A stretch of DNA of 64,000 bases from a plasmid: sequence record NZ_CP156668.1. One strand, written 5' to 3'. The notes below the pieces were generated by a model. That model was not told the origin of the DNA, ran no database searches, and saw nothing but the letters and a program-made list of their open reading frames with translations. Positions 61,926-64,000 of the stretch are shown here, piece after piece. The first letter of the stretch is position 1; the number at the start of each line of letters is the position of its first letter. Position numbers and translations under genes: made by a program.

Positions 61926-62540
61926 TTATTCCTCCTTTCCATCGTCTTCTGATGTTCGTAATTGAATTTGTTCTGCCTGCATTTCTTCTGGCTCATGTTG
62001 ATAGAACTTGTTCAATTGTTCCTCAGCAATTTGCTGGCTTGGTAACGGATCGGTGGCTAATTTGACGCGACCATTTTCACTCGTGGCTAAGTAATACTCT
62101 TTTTCTGACTGGCCTAACTCTTGGGTCTCTAGGACATGCAAATTATGTTCGTAACGGCCTAAGGCGTTATCAACTTCTAAGCCATAGAAGCCTAAGAAGC
62201 CTTCTAAGAAGCTTTCACCAAAAAAGGTCATTTCGTTTTTGATCTGCTTATATTGATGAGTCGGTTTATCACTCACCAATTTTTCAGTCTTTTTAGCATT
62301 TTGACTGTCTTGATGGTGATTAAACCAGCCGCTAAGTTTTAAGGGTTCAGTCTTCAACTGGCGTTTAACGGTCTTCTTAATCATTGCTTGCCGAACTTCA
62401 TCGATTGGCTGACCGTTCTGATCTAAAATTGCTTGTAGCTGTTTTTGATCGGTTACTGCTTGGTCCTTATCAACCACAATCGCCTTTTGATCATCATGAA
62501 CTAGCTTGCCATTAATGCCTTGCCAGCTTTCTACTTTCAT
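61926..62540 (-). CDS. Hypothetical acidic protein (conjugation cluster)
   Basis: 204 aa, aggagg SD. Confidence 0.4.
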   Translation of the reverse strand: MKVESWQGINGKLVHDDQKAIVVDKDQAVTDQKQLQAILDQNGQPIDEVRQAMIKKTVKRQLKTEPLKLSGWFNHHQDSQNAKKTEKLVSDKPTHQYKQIKNEMTFFGESFLEGFLGFYGLEVDNALGRYEHNLHVLETQELGQSEKEYYLATSENGRVKLATDPLPSQQIAEEQLNKFYQHEPEEMQAEQIQLRTSEDDGKEE

Positions 62541-62576
62541 TGGATCACCTCCTCAAAAAAAAGCGCGTTAGGGACG

Positions 62577-62915
62577 CTAAACAACTAGCTTTCCCCTAAC
62601 CCGCCCGGTAAAATGGATTGTTAGGAGGGTGACACCTAGAAGCTGTGATTCTAGGTGCTGATCCCCGTTAGCAACTTCACTGCTTACGAGGACGCCCTCT
62701 TTTTTTATGTGATTTTTAACCCACTCTATTCCTTCATCAGATATTAATTTATTGGTACCTGAACCAAGCAAAAATTGATCAGGAAACTCTGGATGTCGTT
62801 TGATCCAGTTGCTGACATAATTTCGGCCACGCCCCAGCTTGTGATTAGCTTGCGTTAGGCTGTACCATTCCTGATTGCTTGTCACATGTAAGTTCTCCTT
62901 TCTTAATTTAGTCAT
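62577..62915 (-). CDS. Small HTH protein, PcfF-like relaxosome accessory candidate (C-terminal ~40 aa possibly non-coding)
   Basis: EWYSLTQANHKLGRGRNYVSNWIKRHPEFP MerR/excisionase-like HTH; 3' end overlaps hairpin-rich region. Confidence 0.4.
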   Translation of the reverse strand: MTKLRKENLHVTSNQEWYSLTQANHKLGRGRNYVSNWIKRHPEFPDQFLLGSGTNKLISDEGIEWVKNHIKKEGVLVSSEVANGDQHLESQLLGVTLLTIHFTGRVRGKLVV

Positions 62916-62965
62916 AATTTAACACCAAAAAGGTGTAATTTACACCATTTATTTTTACATTTAGA

Positions 62966-63985
62966 TTACAAGTGCATGCCTCCATCTTCATGCCGGTTTC
63001 GAGTTTGGTGTTGCCGCTGCTTTTTCGTCATTTCCCACTCGGTCTTTTTTAAACCTTGCGCCTGTTTTTGCCGTTCGTAATCTTCATCACGAGCATATAG
63101 GACGGTCATGATTGCGTTACTAAAGGCCGTCTTTAAGTAGTAGCTTGGACTAACTGGCTTGTAGTTCAGTGGTTGATAATATCCAATATTTGCTTTTCTG
63201 TACTGGTCGTCCTTGGCTTGTTGCCCTTTTAACTGCTTTTGGATTTTCTCGATCTGACTGTTCTTAATCGTCGGATCGGCTTTGCATTCGCCAAAAAAGA
63301 GTTGTTTAGTGCCATCATGCTTTAAAACCCGTTGTAAGTGATGATTTTCTAACTGATATAAGCTAAGCTGTCCCGATAAATAAGCTAGTCCTTGTTGATG
63401 TTCTTGGGGACTGAACACCTGTGGTGGATTTACTTGCCACTGTTCAATTGTTTCAGCCTGACATGGCTTTAAAACAGGATCATAGTACATCACGGCTGTA
63501 TAGGCTTGTTCCTGTTTAATCAAAGGCAATCCATCTAAATCGCCTTTGGGAAAAGCCCTTTTCAATACTTCATGGTATTGCGTTTTAATGACTTGCTTAA
63601 CGGCCATGATTGCCCGTAGGTCTTTGACTGCTCGAGTAATCTTTTGCTGCTCGGTTGGTGAATACTTTTCTAGTAGACCTTGATCAACGTGTTCTAGACT
63701 TTCTAAGCTATCATCATGAATCATCAGCGTATATTTAAGCTCGATTTTGACTTCTTTTTCTTGTTGCATTAATAACTTCCAGCCAACGTATGGCCGTTTG
63801 GTAAAGGTCAATAATTGTTGGGCCAACAAATCATCACGAATATTCATTAAACGTTCGTTTAATTCACTGCCTTTGAAAATCGTTTGTTCACTATTAGTTT
63901 CTTTAATCAATTCCCGTCGTTCAGCTTGTGTGGTCTGTTCAAAATTAAGCTCTGGATAAAGTTTTTTAGTCGTGCGATCAACCAC
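62966..63985 (-). CDS. Conjugation-region protein, 5' end probably beyond window
   Basis: No in-frame stop upstream of the listed GTG to the window edge; no relaxase motifs recognised. Confidence 0.35.
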   Translation of the reverse strand: MVDRTTKKLYPELNFEQTTQAERRELIKETNSEQTIFKGSELNERLMNIRDDLLAQQLLTFTKRPYVGWKLLMQQEKEVKIELKYTLMIHDDSLESLEHVDQGLLEKYSPTEQQKITRAVKDLRAIMAVKQVIKTQYHEVLKRAFPKGDLDGLPLIKQEQAYTAVMYYDPVLKPCQAETIEQWQVNPPQVFSPQEHQQGLAYLSGQLSLYQLENHHLQRVLKHDGTKQLFFGECKADPTIKNSQIEKIQKQLKGQQAKDDQYRKANIGYYQPLNYKPVSPSYYLKTAFSNAIMTVLYARDEDYERQKQAQGLKKTEWEMTKKQRQHQTRNRHEDGGMHL

Positions 63986-64000
63986 TTTATTTAAGAGTTC

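Noticed and set aside
62577-62700. C-terminal 40 codons of the 112-aa HTH ORF
   Set aside because: Low-complexity translation overlapping strong inverted repeats. The true stop may lie earlier, or the ORF run-on is fortuitous. Kept only the N-terminal HTH call.

Overview
This 64 kb window reads as a mosaic, plasmid-like accessory region from a low-GC Gram-positive bacterium, probably a Lactobacillaceae / Lactiplantibacillus-type megaplasmid. All calls rest on motifs read by eye from the sequence and the ORF track; no database searches were run.

Order of content:
- 1-2.9 kb: a partition module. A deviant-Walker-A ParA and a small partner protein sit between two arrays of palindromic TATCTTTAGATA-type repeats, followed by a serine resolvase.
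- 2.9-12.1 kb: an IS-ridden stretch. It holds an IS3-family element with a degraded orfA, a solo IS3 end, an ISL3 transposase stub, an IS256-family pseudogene, and GNAT and epimerase fragments. Between them lie brnQ with a T-box-like leader and a 1-Cys OhrR-like MarR paired with a glutathione-reductase-family flavoprotein.
- 12.3-17.7 kb: a maltose phosphorylase operon (MFS symporter, GH65 phosphorylase, mutarotase, beta-phosphoglucomutase) with a cre/LacI-type operator and no regulator gene. A 379-bp MITE-like internal-deletion copy of the IS3 element follows at 18.4-18.8 kb.
- 19.9-29.2 kb: a fos/lev-type fructan locus. It comprises a cell-wall-anchored GH32 beta-fructosidase (YSIRK signal, three MucBP repeats, LPQTG), levX, mannose-class PTS IID/IIC/IIB/IIA, a cre site, and a divergent LevR-like activator whose sigma54/AAA domain is degenerate.
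- 29.4-30.4 kb: a recombinase hotspot (resolvase fragment, an intact resolvase and a res-like palindrome).
- 30.7-41.9 kb: a K+ block on one strand: a MarR regulator, kup, kdpE, kdpD and kdpFABC, including an unannotated 26-aa kdpF and an internal terminator between kdpC and kdpD.
- 41.9-44.1 kb: an AT-rich islet. It carries a class-III nucleotidyl-cyclase (CHD) protein paired with a small multi-TM protein lacking a cNMP-binding domain, plus a 92-aa orphan ORF. I rate this the most interesting locus: a Pycsar-like candidate antiphage or abortive-infection pair.
- 44.2-46.6 kb: an unannotated 34-aa Lpt/Fst-like type I toxin, then a frameshifted Y-family polymerase with a YolD-like partner.
- 46.7-64 kb: a Gram-positive conjugation region. 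It includes ArdC-like, Topo III, a T4CP split into TMD and NBD ORFs, a membrane-anchored thioredoxin, a VirB8-like protein, a CHAP/SLT hydrolase, VirB4, small membrane proteins, and a PcfF-like HTH protein next to candidate oriT inverted repeats.

No rRNA, tRNA or CRISPR arrays were seen.
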